A stretch of 64,000 nucleotides of DNA from positions 342,464 to 406,463 of the forward strand of contig CAWBQM010000001.1 in NCBI GenBank assembly GCA_963790955.1, given 5' to 3'. A program made the translations under genes and the position numbers. Each line of letters starts with the position of its first letter. Positions within the stretch are counted from its first letter, which is position 1. The notes beneath the pieces were generated by a model, which was not told the DNA's origin, did no database searches, and was given only the letters and a program-made list of their open reading frames with translations. Source of the DNA: an uncultured Chloroflexia bacterium (GTDB taxonomy: Bacteria; Chloroflexota; Limnocylindria; Limnocylindrales; CSP1-4). This document shows, in pieces, positions 1-9,144 of this stretch.

Positions 1-1
1 C

Positions 2-598
2 ACGCTGCGCGACGAGTACGGTCTGGAGCCCGGCTCGCAGATCGTGGGCGTCGTCGCCCGGCTGGAGCCCGAGAAGGGCCATCCGACGCTGCTCGAGGCG
101 TGGCCGGCGGTCCTGCGCGCCGTGCCCGACGCGTACCTGCTCGTCGTGGGCGAGGGCAGCCAGCGCGACTCGCTCGAGGCCCAGGCGCGCGAGCTCCGGA
201 TCGCGCATCGGGTCGTGTTCACCGGCCGTCGCGACGACATCCCGGCGGTCACGGCCGCGCTCGACGTCGCCGTCCTGCCGTCCTACCGCGAGGCGCAGGG
301 CCTGACCATCCTCGAGGCCATGGCGCTCTCGCGTCCGATCGTGGCCTCCAACGTCGGTGGCATCCCGGAGATGATCGAGGACGGCGTGACGGGCTTGCTC
401 GTGCCGCCGCACGAGCCGGACGCGCTGGCTGGTGCGATCACCCGCCTGCTCGTCGACCACCCGTTCGCCGACATGGTCGCCCGCGCCGGCCACGACCTGG
501 TCCACGAGCGCTTCTGCGTGCAGCTCATGGTCAGCTCGATCGAGGCGATCTACGAGGAAGCCGGCACGGCGCGCGAGCTCGAGACGGCCGCAAGCTAA
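2..598 (+). CDS. Glycosyltransferase family 1 (GT4-like), C-terminal half; 5' end lies outside the window
   Basis: Open in frame from the window edge (TLRDEYGLEPGSQIVGVVARLEPEKG...). LLVVGEG, FTGRRDD and EAQGLTILEAMALSRPIVASNVGGIPEMIEDGVTGLLV form the classic GT-B/GT1 C-terminal sugar-nucleotide-binding signature. Confidence 0.85.
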   Translation, partial: TLRDEYGLEPGSQIVGVVARLEPEKGHPTLLEAWPAVLRAVPDAYLLVVGEGSQRDSLEAQARELRIAHRVVFTGRRDDIPAVTAALDVAVLPSYREAQGLTILEAMALSRPIVASNVGGIPEMIEDGVTGLLVPPHEPDALAGAITRLLVDHPFADMVARAGHDLVHERFCVQLMVSSIEAIYEEAGTARELETAAS

Positions 599-828
599 GC
601 CGATCGGTCGCTGCCAGGCGCCTGTCGGCGGCGGTAGCTCGCCACACATGCCACCGTCGGATTGACGACGGCGGCGGGAGCTCCGGCACCCTCATTCCTC
701 GTTCGCTTGGACGGAAGGATTCCTGCCCAGCGGTTTAGGGCCTGCCTGGGGGCAACAATGATCAGACAACTCGGGCTCGATCGAGGAGCCCGGCGAGTGG
801 TTCCGTCGCCCGGCGTCGCCGCGGGTCG

Positions 829-1824
829 ATGGCGCTCGCCCTCGGTGCCGGACTTCTCGTCGCCATTCTGGTCGTCTATGTCCGGATGGGGGCCGCGCCG
901 GCTGACGCTTGGAATTACCTCGCGGCAGGCGAGCGCTTGAACGCCGGGCATAACTTGTACGCGCTGTCGCCGGGCGACCGGTATGTCGGGACCAGTCCGC
1001 CGTATGGACGGCGCCGTTGATCTATCCGCCGCTGATCGCGGTCATTTGGCGTCCGCTCGCACTCCTGCCGGCGGAGATCGCCGTGGCCTTCTGGACGATC
1101 GCGATGGCCGCGTGCACGGTGGCGGCCGTCGTCTGGCTTGCCCGGCGCACCCCGCAGGTTGCCGGAGCGCCCTCCTGATCGCGGTGCCGCCGCTCGTCTG
1201 GCACCTGTCAGCACCGGAAACGTGAATGCGCTGGTCCTGTTCGGTCTCGTTGGCGCCTGGATGGCCCGGGACCGTCCGATCAGTGCCGGCTGGTTGGCGG
1301 CCCTGGCGTGCTGAAGATCATCCCGCTGCCTATGCTCGCCTGGCTCGTGGTCTTCGGTGGCCGCCGCCATCTGGCGGCCGCGATTCTCGGTGGCCTCCTG
1401 GCCGCTGGGATGGTCTCTTCGGGGCAGGGTTCGGTGGCCACGTGGAGTACATCGATGTCGCGCAGGGCGATGCCAGCATGGGGCAACTCCCTGGAGCAGC
1501 GCGGCTCTCGGCATTCCGCCGATGCTCGTCTTTGTCGTGGGGATCCTCGCGCGCGGTAGCCACGGCGCAGAACTCGCCGCTCCCTTTGCTTACATGCTCG
1601 CCGTCGGTCGCGGTGGTCTTCGGGTCGGCGCGGTGAACTTCCACACATACGCGCTGCTCGCTGCGCTTGCGGCGCCCATTTCCGATCCGGTCGCTGCTGC
1701 TCGGCGATGCAGCTTCATCGCCCGGCCGCGACCGCCTGGAGAGCGTCGTAGCGACCTGAGTCGGCACGTCGGCAATGCGCGACTGGGACTATCGACCGGT
1801 GCCAAGGCGCACCGGGTCACCTAG
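829..1824 (+). pseudogene. GT87/DUF2029-like polytopic membrane glycosyltransferase, paralogue A; frame interrupted several times
   Basis: Colinear pieces lie in three frames: 829-1020 (MALALGAGLL...DAWNYLAAGERLNAGHNLYALSPGDRYV), then LIYPPLIAVIWRPLALLP..., then 1308-1559 (LKIIPLPMLAWLVVF...), with a tail ...VNFHTYALLAALAAPI. Motif order matches the intact paralogue at 4716-5726. Confidence 0.65.
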
Positions 1825-1878
1825 GATCACCGGGCTATGCGGCCGCACCTCCACCTCGTAAGCATCTGAGCAGCTGAG

Positions 1879-3361
1879 GTGTCCACGACCAGGCTCTGGG
1901 CGTTCCTTGGCGTCGGGCTGCCGGTGCTCGCCGCCCTGATCGCGAGCCTGTCGACGGTCGATCTGGCCTACCAGCTTCGGGCCGGCGACCTGATCCTGTC
2001 GGGCGGCGGGATCCCGACCACGGATACGTTCACGTACACGGCCTCGGGCTCGTCCTGGCTGGATCAACAATGGGCGGCGCAGGCCATCCTCGCGGCCGTG
2101 TTCGGCGCGGGGGGCTGGAGCGGGCTGGTCGTGCTCCGCGCCGTGCTCGTGGGCGTCACGTTCGGAGCGGTGGAGCTGGCGGCGTATCGGGCGGGCGCGA
2201 CGGTTCGCTGGGGGGCCCTCCTGGCGGTTGGCGCGTTCGCGGTGTCGGCCGCCGGCGCTCGCGCTCCGGCCGCAGCTCTTCGGCATGGCGCTGTTCGCCG
2301 TCGTACTGCCGCTGCTCGTCGAGCGGCATCGTCATCCGCGGCTGGTCTGGCTCGTGCCGATCCTGACGGTTGCCTGGGCGAGCATCCATGGCAGCTTCTT
2401 CCTGGCGCCACTCGCGTGCGGGGCAGCCTGGCTGTCCGACCTGTCGGCCGGTCGGCCATACCGACGCACGCTCGGCCTGACCATCGCGTCGGCCGTCGCG
2501 CCTTTGCTCAATCCGTTCGGTCCGGCGGTCTACGCCTATGCCATCGGGTTGACCACGAACTCACTCGTCACCGATCGAATTGCGGAATGGCAGCCGACCT
2601 CGCCCCGGACGATCCCGGGTCTCCTCTTCTTCGGCTCGGCGCTGCTCGCCGTGGTCCTGCTGGTGCGCCGCGGGCAATTCGTCCGCTGGCCGACGCTCGC
2701 GTGGCTCGGTGGCCTGTTCCTGATCGGCGCGTATGCCGTCCGCGGCGTGGCCTGGTGGCCGATCGGAGCCGCGGTCGCGGTGGCGCCCCTCCTGGCTCGC
2801 AGCTCGGACGGCTCGGCGTCACCGGCGCCGCGGCCCGAGCCGAGCATCATGCGCGGCCTCAACGTGGCGATCGCCACGGCGATCCTCGTCGTGGGCGTGA
2901 TCCTGCTGCCGGTCTGGCGCTCGAGCGACCCGGTGGCCGGTCCCTCAGGCGTGCTCGTCGACGCGCCGGCCGGGCTGACGAAGGCGCTCCTCGCGTCCGC
3001 ACGGCCAGGCGATCACGTCTTCGCGCCACAACCTTGGGGATCGTGGTTCGAACTGACTGCGCCCGAGGTGAAGGTCTTCGTCGATTCGCGGATCGAGCTC
3101 TTCCCGCCCGTGGTGCTGGGATCAGTACGACGCCGTGGTCACTGGTTCGGCCAGTTGGCAGTCGATCCTGGACGACACGGACACCTCGACGTCGTCGTGT
3201 CGAGGGACCAGGGTCCGGATCTTCCGCGCCGGCTCGCCTAGGCCGGATGGGACTCCGCATATAGCGACGAGTACGGACAGGTATTTCTTCGAACAGGCTC
3301 CGCCAGCGGTGCCGGCCGGGTTGCGGGCGACGACCCGGCGGTATACGAGCAGGGCTTCTGA
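1879..3361 (+). pseudogene. Large polytopic membrane protein (possible GT-C-type glycosyltransferase); about 3 frame breaks plus an in-frame TAG at 3239
   Basis: The N-terminus is in ORF 1879 (DLAYQLRAGDLILSGGGIPTTDTFTYTASGSSWLDQQWAAQAIL). The body is in ORF 2228-3241 (many TM segments). There is a short detour to frame 0 at about 3,115-3,180 (WDQYDAVVTGSASWQSILD). After TAG 3239 the same frame continues AGWDSAYSDEYGQVFLR... to TGA 3359-3361. Confidence 0.55.
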
Positions 3362-3621
3362 TGGAGCGTGCGGCGACCTTCTGGATGGCGGCAGTCGGCC
3401 TATTCCTGACTGGCCTGATCGTGCTGGTCTATGTGCCGACGGCCTTGCCCGTCGATCAACCGCTCCAGGTGGCAACAATCGCCGGGCTGCTGACCGTCAT
3501 CCTGTCAAGCCGCGAACTCGGGCTTCATCCGTCGATCCGGCGGGTCGTCGGCATCCTCGGTGTGATCGGGTTCGTGCTCTTGGTGATTGGCACGATCGTC
3601 GGCGCCGAGGCCACGCACTGA
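3361..3621 (+). CDS. Small hydrophobic protein (about 3 TM helices), function unknown
   Basis: 86-aa ORF. Its ATG overlaps the TGA of the upstream membrane-protein frame (cTGATGg), suggesting translational coupling. The sequence is strongly hydrophobic with G/C-rich third positions. Confidence 0.5.
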   Translation: MERAATFWMAAVGLFLTGLIVLVYVPTALPVDQPLQVATIAGLLTVILSSRELGLHPSIRRVVGILGVIGFVLLVIGTIVGAEATH

Positions 3622-3646
3622 CGGTGCGCGAGGACGCGGCCCTCTA

Positions 3647-4783
3647 GTGCAACCTTGCGGAAATAGCTAGACGATTATGTCGATCGCAGCTACGCTGACT
3701 GACATGGCCAACCATCCGGCGCCTCCCTTGGCGGTCAACGAGTCCGATCTTGAGATCCTCCGGGCGCTCGTGCGAGCGCGGACGACGGAGCAGCGAGTGG
3801 TCCAGCGGGCGCGGATCGTCCTCCGCGCCGCGGAGGGCCGGCCTAACCGCCAGATCGCGGACGAGGTCGGAGTGGCCCCCATGACGGTCCTGCTGTGGCG
3901 CGACCGCTACGCTCGCGCCGGCCTGGCCGGACTGGCCGACGAGCCCCGCCCGGGTCGCCCGCCGACGTACTCCCGGGAGGATCGCGACCGGGTGATCGCC
4001 CTGACCCTCGAGCCACCGACCGACGGCACGACCCATTGGAGCGCCCGCCGCCTCGGCGAGCGGCTCGGGATGAGCGAGACGACCGTCTGGCGGATCTGGC
4101 AGACGGTCGGCCTCAAGCCCCATCGGACCGAGACCTTCAAGTTCAGCACCGACCCGCAGCTCGAGGCCAAGGTCCGCGACGTGGTCGGGCTGTACCTCGC
4201 GCCACCCGAGCGGGCGATCGTTCTGTCGGTCGACGAGAAGACCCAGATCCAGGCGCTCGACCGGACCCAGCCGATGCTCCCGCTGCGGCCCGGCGGCGTT
4301 GTCCGCCGGACGCACGACTACAAGCGCAACGGCACGACGAGCCTGTTCGCCGCGCTCGAGATCGCGACCGGCACGGTCACCCAGGAGGCCCGGGCCCGCC
4401 ACACCGGCGCCGACTTCCTCGCCTTCCTGCGGCGGCTTGACCGGGTCTATCCAGACCAGGACCTGCACGTCATCCTCGACAACGTCAGCACCCACAAGAC
4501 ACCGGGCGTCAACGCTTGGCTCGGGCGTCATCCGCGGGTGACCTTCCACTTCACCCCAACCTCGGCGTCGTGGCTCAACCAGGTCGAGACGTGGTTCAGC
4601 GTGCTCACCCGCCAGGCCATCCGGCGGGGCACCTTCGCCTCGGTCAAGGAACTCGTCGCCAGGATCGACACGTTCACCCGGAGCTGGAACGCCGGCTCGA
4701 CCCCCTTTGTCTGGGTCAAGACCGCCGACGAGATCCTCGCCAGGGCGGTCCGCAAGCGCCCAGCCACTTCCGAGGCGAGACAC
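3647..4783 (+). mobile_element. IS630-family insertion sequence
   Basis: It carries a single DDE transposase ORF. Imperfect terminal inverted repeats are present (left GTGCAACCTTGCGGAA..., right ...TTCCGAGGCGAGACAC). TA dinucleotides flank it at 3645-3646 and 4784-4785, the usual IS630/Tc1 target duplication. Confidence 0.7.
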
Positions 4784-4786
4784 TAG
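3677..4786 (+). CDS. IS630-family DDE transposase
   Basis: 369 aa. The N-terminus has an HTH (RIVLRAAEGRPNRQIADEVGVAPMTVLLWRDRY). The DDE core motifs are SVDEKTQIQAL, YKRNGTTSLFAAL, HVILDNVSTHKT and TPTSASWLNQVETWF. Confidence 0.92.
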   Translation: MSIAATLTDMANHPAPPLAVNESDLEILRALVRARTTEQRVVQRARIVLRAAEGRPNRQIADEVGVAPMTVLLWRDRYARAGLAGLADEPRPGRPPTYSREDRDRVIALTLEPPTDGTTHWSARRLGERLGMSETTVWRIWQTVGLKPHRTETFKFSTDPQLEAKVRDVVGLYLAPPERAIVLSVDEKTQIQALDRTQPMLPLRPGGVVRRTHDYKRNGTTSLFAALEIATGTVTQEARARHTGADFLAFLRRLDRVYPDQDLHVILDNVSTHKTPGVNAWLGRHPRVTFHFTPTSASWLNQVETWFSVLTRQAIRRGTFASVKELVARIDTFTRSWNAGSTPFVWVKTADEILARAVRKRPATSEARH

Positions 4787-5726
4787 AAACCGGCGACGCC
4801 GACCCGACGGGCGCTGCGGCGTTGGCGGGCTGTGCCCGTGCGCTGGCGACGAGCTCGACGGGCCATGCGAGAGGGGCGATGAGGGCAAACAGCAGCACAA
4901 ACCAATTGATGCTTACGGCAGGTGCGCCCGCGATCATCGTGACGACACCGATCGAGTACGCGACGCCCGGACGTTCTCGGAACACCCAGATGCCGATGAA
5001 CCCGGCCGCGATTGCGATGATGGGCACCAGGCGGGCGAGGTTCTCCGGCAGGCCGATGTACGAGAGCATCCCCCCGAGGCTGAGCGGGCTCAGACTGACT
5101 GATCCGTCGCCCAGGATCGACACATATTGAAGATGGGCGTCGAGCCCGGCGCCGATGACGCTCACCATCGCGACGGCGATGCCGGTGGCAGTGAACGCCG
5201 CGATGGCGTTCCAGCGCTTCTGCGTGAGGAGCCACCAGGCCATAATCCCAGGCGTGAGTTTCAGGGCGGTCGTGACCGCGGTAACGGCACCCGCGACCCG
5301 ATCTTGGCCGCGTGCATATGCCCGCCACGTGAGAACCAGGCCCAGCAACAGGAACGAGTTCACGTTGCCCACACCGATCTCGTAGACGAGCGGCACCGCC
5401 AGGGTGAGCAGGGCGCCGACCGTCAGGAGCGGACGTTGCCCGGCCAGCAATATGATCGCGATTCCGAGCGCCGCAACCTGCAGCGCCCACCACACATAGA
5501 TCCCGAAATCGCCGAGCGTCGCGAGCAGGCGAAAGACGACAGCGATCGGTGGAGGCGATACGAGCGGGACTGCGAAAGTCTGTGGATCGAGCTTGACCAA
5601 TCGATCTCCGGGCGACAGGGCGTACAAAGAATGGCCCGCGTTCAGTCGCTCGCCGGCCGCAAGGTAGTTGAAGGCGTCTCCAGGGATGAGCCCGCGCTCG
5701 AAGACGACCAACTGAACCGCCGCCAC
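4716..5726 (-). CDS. GT87/DUF2029-like polytopic membrane glycosyltransferase, paralogue B (only copy with an uninterrupted core)
   Basis: Motifs DAFNYLAAGERLNAGHSLYALSPGDR, TALKLTPGIMAWWLL and GAPAVSINWFVLLFALIAPLAWP. The last ~23 codons are read from inside the IS630 element. The true start is uncertain: either the GTG at 5726, or the ATG at 5781 in another frame (MSRPGAAFLIATRL...) if one indel is assumed. Confidence 0.75.
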   Translation of the reverse strand: MAAVQLVVFERGLIPGDAFNYLAAGERLNAGHSLYALSPGDRLVKLDPQTFAVPLVSPPPIAVVFRLLATLGDFGIYVWWALQVAALGIAIILLAGQRPLLTVGALLTLAVPLVYEIGVGNVNSFLLLGLVLTWRAYARGQDRVAGAVTAVTTALKLTPGIMAWWLLTQKRWNAIAAFTATGIAVAMVSVIGAGLDAHLQYVSILGDGSVSLSPLSLGGMLSYIGLPENLARLVPIIAIAAGFIGIWVFRERPGVAYSIGVVTMIAGAPAVSINWFVLLFALIAPLAWPVELVASARAQPANAAAPVGSASPVSSVSPRKWLGACGPPWRGSRRRS

Positions 5727-5786
5727 CGCCGCCAGGGTGAAGGCGAGTCGCGATCAGGAATGCGGCCCCTGGACGACTCACAAGGG

Positions 5787-6131
5787 TCAGCTTCCTGATC
5801 TAGGTTTCATGGAGTTTCTGCGGCGCGGGTCGTCGGAGCCGGACGAATGGTTGCCGATTCGGCCGCTGGACGCTGGAGACTCCCTCGATGCCCTCACCCG
5901 GCTAGGCCAGGTGACCGGGATGATGAGGCCAAACAGCAGGACATACCAGTTGATGCTCACCAGGGGCGAGCCGGCGATCATCGTGACGATCGCGATCTGG
6001 AAGGCGAGATCCGGTCTCGATCGGGCAAGCAACATGGCTCCGAGGCCGACCACGACGGCCAGACGGGGCAGCCACACGGCAACATCGGTGGGCACGCCCA
6101 CGTACTGCGCCATCCCATCTGCTCGACACAC
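5787..6131 (-). pseudogene. GT87/DUF2029 paralogue C: C-terminal third only
   Basis: GMAQYVGVPTDVAVWLPRLAVVVGLGAMLLARSRPDLAFQIAIVTMIAGSPLVSINWYVLLFGLIIPVTWP aligns with residues ~210-300 of paralogue B. There is no N-terminal two-thirds upstream. Confidence 0.6.
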
Positions 6132-6148
6132 ACACTGTCACCTTCCGA

Positions 6149-7002
6149 CACGGCACGATCCTCGATCACCCACTCATGAGCGAGCTCATCTCGGGCGTCG
6201 ACGTGGTCGTGCATCTCGCCGCCAGCGTCGGCGTCGAGCTCATCGTCCAGAACCGCTCAACGCGCTGCTCAACAACGTCCGAGGCACCGAAATCGTGCTC
6301 GACGCGGCGGTCAACCGGGGGGCCAAGGTGCTCGTCGCCTCCACGTCCGAGATCTACGGCAAGAATGCCGGCGGCGCGGTTGACGAGGAGGCCGACAGGA
6401 TCCTGGGTTCCTTGTTCAAGGCCCGCTGGGCATACGCCGTTTCGAAGGAGGTCGACGAGATCTTCGCCTTCGAGTACTGGCGCGAGCGCGGCCTGCCCAC
6501 GATCGTGGCGCGGCTCTTCAACTGCGTCGGCCCCCGTCAGACGGGCGCATTTGGCATGGTCGTGCCGCGCTTCGTGCAGCAAGCGCTCACTGGCGAAGAC
6601 CTGACCGTGTTTGGTGACGGCACACAGTCACGCTGCTTCTGCCACGTGTCGGATATGGTCGACGGCCTCTTGAGTTTGCTCGAGTCCGATCAGGCCGTCG
6701 GCGACGTGTTCAACGTCGGCTCGCAGCACGAGATCACCGTTCGCGCGCTGGCCGATCTCGTCATCGAGATGACGGGCTCGAGCTCGAAGATACGGTACGT
6801 GCCCTACAACGTGGCATACGAGCCTGGCTTCGAGGACATGGAGCGGCGCATGCCCGACATCTCCAAGATCGCACGAGTGACCGGCTGGCAGCCGACGTTC
6901 TCGCTGCGCGACATCCTGACCGACGTCATCGACCATGAACGCCATGCGATGCGAGTCGAAGCACCCCGCCTGAAGGGGATCGCCGGCGGCCGTTCAGCGT
7001 GA
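6149..7002 (+). pseudogene. NAD-dependent sugar-nucleotide epimerase/dehydratase (extended SDR), 5'-truncated, one frame break near 6,251-6,255
   Basis: Homology begins at ...GVDVVVHLAASVGVELIVQN|PLNALLNNVRGTEIVLDAAV..VASTSEIYGK...YAVSKEVDE...FNCVGPRQ. The Rossmann GxxGxxG N-terminus (about 45-60 aa) is absent. Confidence 0.8.
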
Positions 7003-7751
7003 CCGTCGAGGCTTCCCCGGCGTCGGGCGCGGCTGAGGCCGCATTGCCGCTCGTGGCCGTCGTTATCCCGGCCCTCAACGAGGCCGGCAAGATCGGCCGC
7101 GTGCTCGACCGGCTGCCGCGTGACGGGCGCTTCGAGGCGATCGTCGTCGACGACGGCTCGACCGACTCGACCGGCGACGAGGCGCGCGAGCACGGGGCCG
7201 CGGTCGTCCTGCGCCACGAGCAGCGCTCCGGCAAGGGCGTGGCGTTGCGTGACGGCTGGGAAGAGGGTTTGCGCCGCGGACGGCCGTACCTGGCCATCGT
7301 CGACGCCGACGACCAGCACGAGCCCGCCGAGCTGGCGCCCGCGCTCGACCACCTGCTCGCCGCCGGCGCGGACTACGTCCAGGGTTCGCGCTGGCGTCGG
7401 GGCGGCCGCGTGGAGGGCCCGACGGGCGGTCGTGGCTTCGGGACGAAGCTGTACTCGTTCCTGTTCAGCATCCTGGCGATGCGGCGGGTGACCGATGCCA
7501 CGAACGGCTTCCGGATCTTCCGCGCGGGCATCCTCGAGGACCCGGCGATCGATCTCCACCAGACCTGGCTCACGAGCTACGACCTGGAGCCATACCTGCT
7601 GTACAAGGTCATCCGCCGCGGCTACAAGCTCATCGAGCATCCCGTCACCGTTCGCTACCACCCCGAGGGCTACACGAAGATGGCCGGCATCCGCGACTGG
7701 TGGCGCCTGTTCCGGCCTGCCGTGCTGCTCCGGTTCGGCCTCAAGCGATGA
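6999..7751 (+). CDS. Glycosyltransferase family 2 (polyprenol-phosphate glycosyltransferase-like)
   Basis: 250 aa. VAVVIPALNEAGKIGRVL, IVVDDGSTDST, IVDADDQHEP and NGFRIF are GT2/GT-A signatures. The GTG start overlaps the epimerase stop (GTGA). Confidence 0.85.
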   Translation: MTVEASPASGAAEAALPLVAVVIPALNEAGKIGRVLDRLPRDGRFEAIVVDDGSTDSTGDEAREHGAAVVLRHEQRSGKGVALRDGWEEGLRRGRPYLAIVDADDQHEPAELAPALDHLLAAGADYVQGSRWRRGGRVEGPTGGRGFGTKLYSFLFSILAMRRVTDATNGFRIFRAGILEDPAIDLHQTWLTSYDLEPYLLYKVIRRGYKLIEHPVTVRYHPEGYTKMAGIRDWWRLFRPAVLLRFGLKR

Positions 7752-7789
7752 TGTCGCCCGCTCGGATGGCCAGGCGGCGAGCACGATGG

Positions 7790-8806
7790 TTCGCGTTGCC
7801 TGGCGACAGCTCACTCGCCGTCCGATGCTCTGTTCGTGGTCAATATGATCGCCGGTCGCTTCGCGTCGGCGGCGAAGGATCTCGTGGCGATTCCGCGTTG
7901 CCATGGGCGTGGCGATCATGAGGACCGCGGAGCGGAGGCTGGACGTTGGCACGTTCACGACCGGGCTCCCGAAGACCATCGTCGCCACGGCCACGGGCCA
8001 GGCTCGCCTCGATCGACGGAGCGCGATCACCTCAAGAACGCCGAACCCTGCTAGTCCGAGGCCATGCCCTTTGCTGCTGGGCCGCCGAGCGCCTCGAGCA
8101 TGCCGGGAACCGACAGCGCGGACGGCGCAGCGGCCGATGCCGCTCGGACATAGATGGCGAGCTGGTCTGGGCCGACGAGCGCCACCGATCCAGCCAGGCT
8201 CAGGACACCCACGAAGGCGCCGAGCATGGCCTCACGCCGTCGGCCGGTCGCGAACGGATAGACAAGGATCCCGCGGGCGTCAGCTTGATGGCAGTCGCGA
8301 CCCTATGGCGATCGCGCCGAGCCGTGGCCGCTCCAGGAGCAGGACGAGCGCGCCGAGAATGAACCCGTGTAGGTTGCCGGCGCCCGCCTCCCAGGCGAAC
8401 GCCGGTACAGGGCCAGTCGGCGAGGGCGGCCGTCACGCCTCCGCGCCGGACGGACCACGCGACTGCGACGAGCATGTCGCGTTGTCGCCAGCGTCCTGAC
8501 GCGACGCCGGCATCCGACGGCAGGGCGGCGAGCGGTTGCCACATGACCCCGATCGTCGGCGGATACAGCAGCGGAACTGTCCAGCACGGTGGATTGATCC
8601 GACGCTGCGATCACCAGGTGAGAGCAAATACGGGGATCGACCCGCGTTCGGCGTTCACCCGCCGCGAGATACTGTCGTCGTCGTCCCAGGCAAGCCGCCG
8701 TTGTGCGCCTGACTCTCGACGACGAGGGCCGCCCCTGATAACGATGCACTACCGTGAGAAGCACATCGAGTCGACGTGGCGACGCTCTCCGGCCGGTTCT
8801 CTCCAT
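7790..8806 (-). pseudogene. GT87/DUF2029 paralogue D; frame interrupted several times
   Basis: Fragments QYLAAGER, LSPGDRSVG, PLLYPPTIGVMWQPLAALP, ATAIKLTPAG and VATMVFGSPVVNV...AVLMIATPMA occur in the family order but in different frames (ORFs 8303-8806, 8433-8627, 8200-8544, and the N-terminus of 6804-8030). The 3' limit is approximate. Confidence 0.55.
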
Positions 8807-9144
8807 TTACCGTAGCGGACCTCGGGCGTTCCGCGAGACGGCAGTCCGTCTGTGGCTCGCAACAGTCCCTGAGCATGATCCTGAGGGTGGCGGTCATGCC
8901 CTTGATCCAGCCGGGTCGCGGGTCTATGGGAACCTCTGCCGGGAGCGTGCGGGGATTTGCCACCGGATCCTCAAGTCGTACGGAGGTCGTTTCGGCGCCG
9001 CCTCGGAGATGGCCATGTCGCCCGGTCCATCGCATTGGTCCTCCAAGCGCGAGAGCGGCCACCCGCTGCGGTTGCAGTCGCGCTCGCAATCCCCTGGCCC
9101 GCTATGCTCCCGCGGATGCCCTCGTTCGTAGATGCCGGCGAACC

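Noticed and set aside
3644-4900. 418-aa minus-strand ORF covering the IS630 element
   Set aside because: It is antisense to a transposase with clear DDE motifs. Its translation is Arg/Gly/Pro-rich and featureless.
6804-8030. 408-aa minus-strand ORF
   Set aside because: Only its first ~60 codons (…VATMVFGSPVVNV…AVLMIATPMA) belong to GT87 paralogue D. The remainder runs antisense through the GT2 and epimerase genes and is not protein-like.
8776-9144. 120-codon N-terminal extension of the fused membrane/SpeE-like ORF
   Set aside because: The segment is not hydrophobic, has lower GC and is Arg/Ser-rich. Family members start just before the FVLSGAAGLIYEVVW helix, so the GTG at 9145 was preferred.
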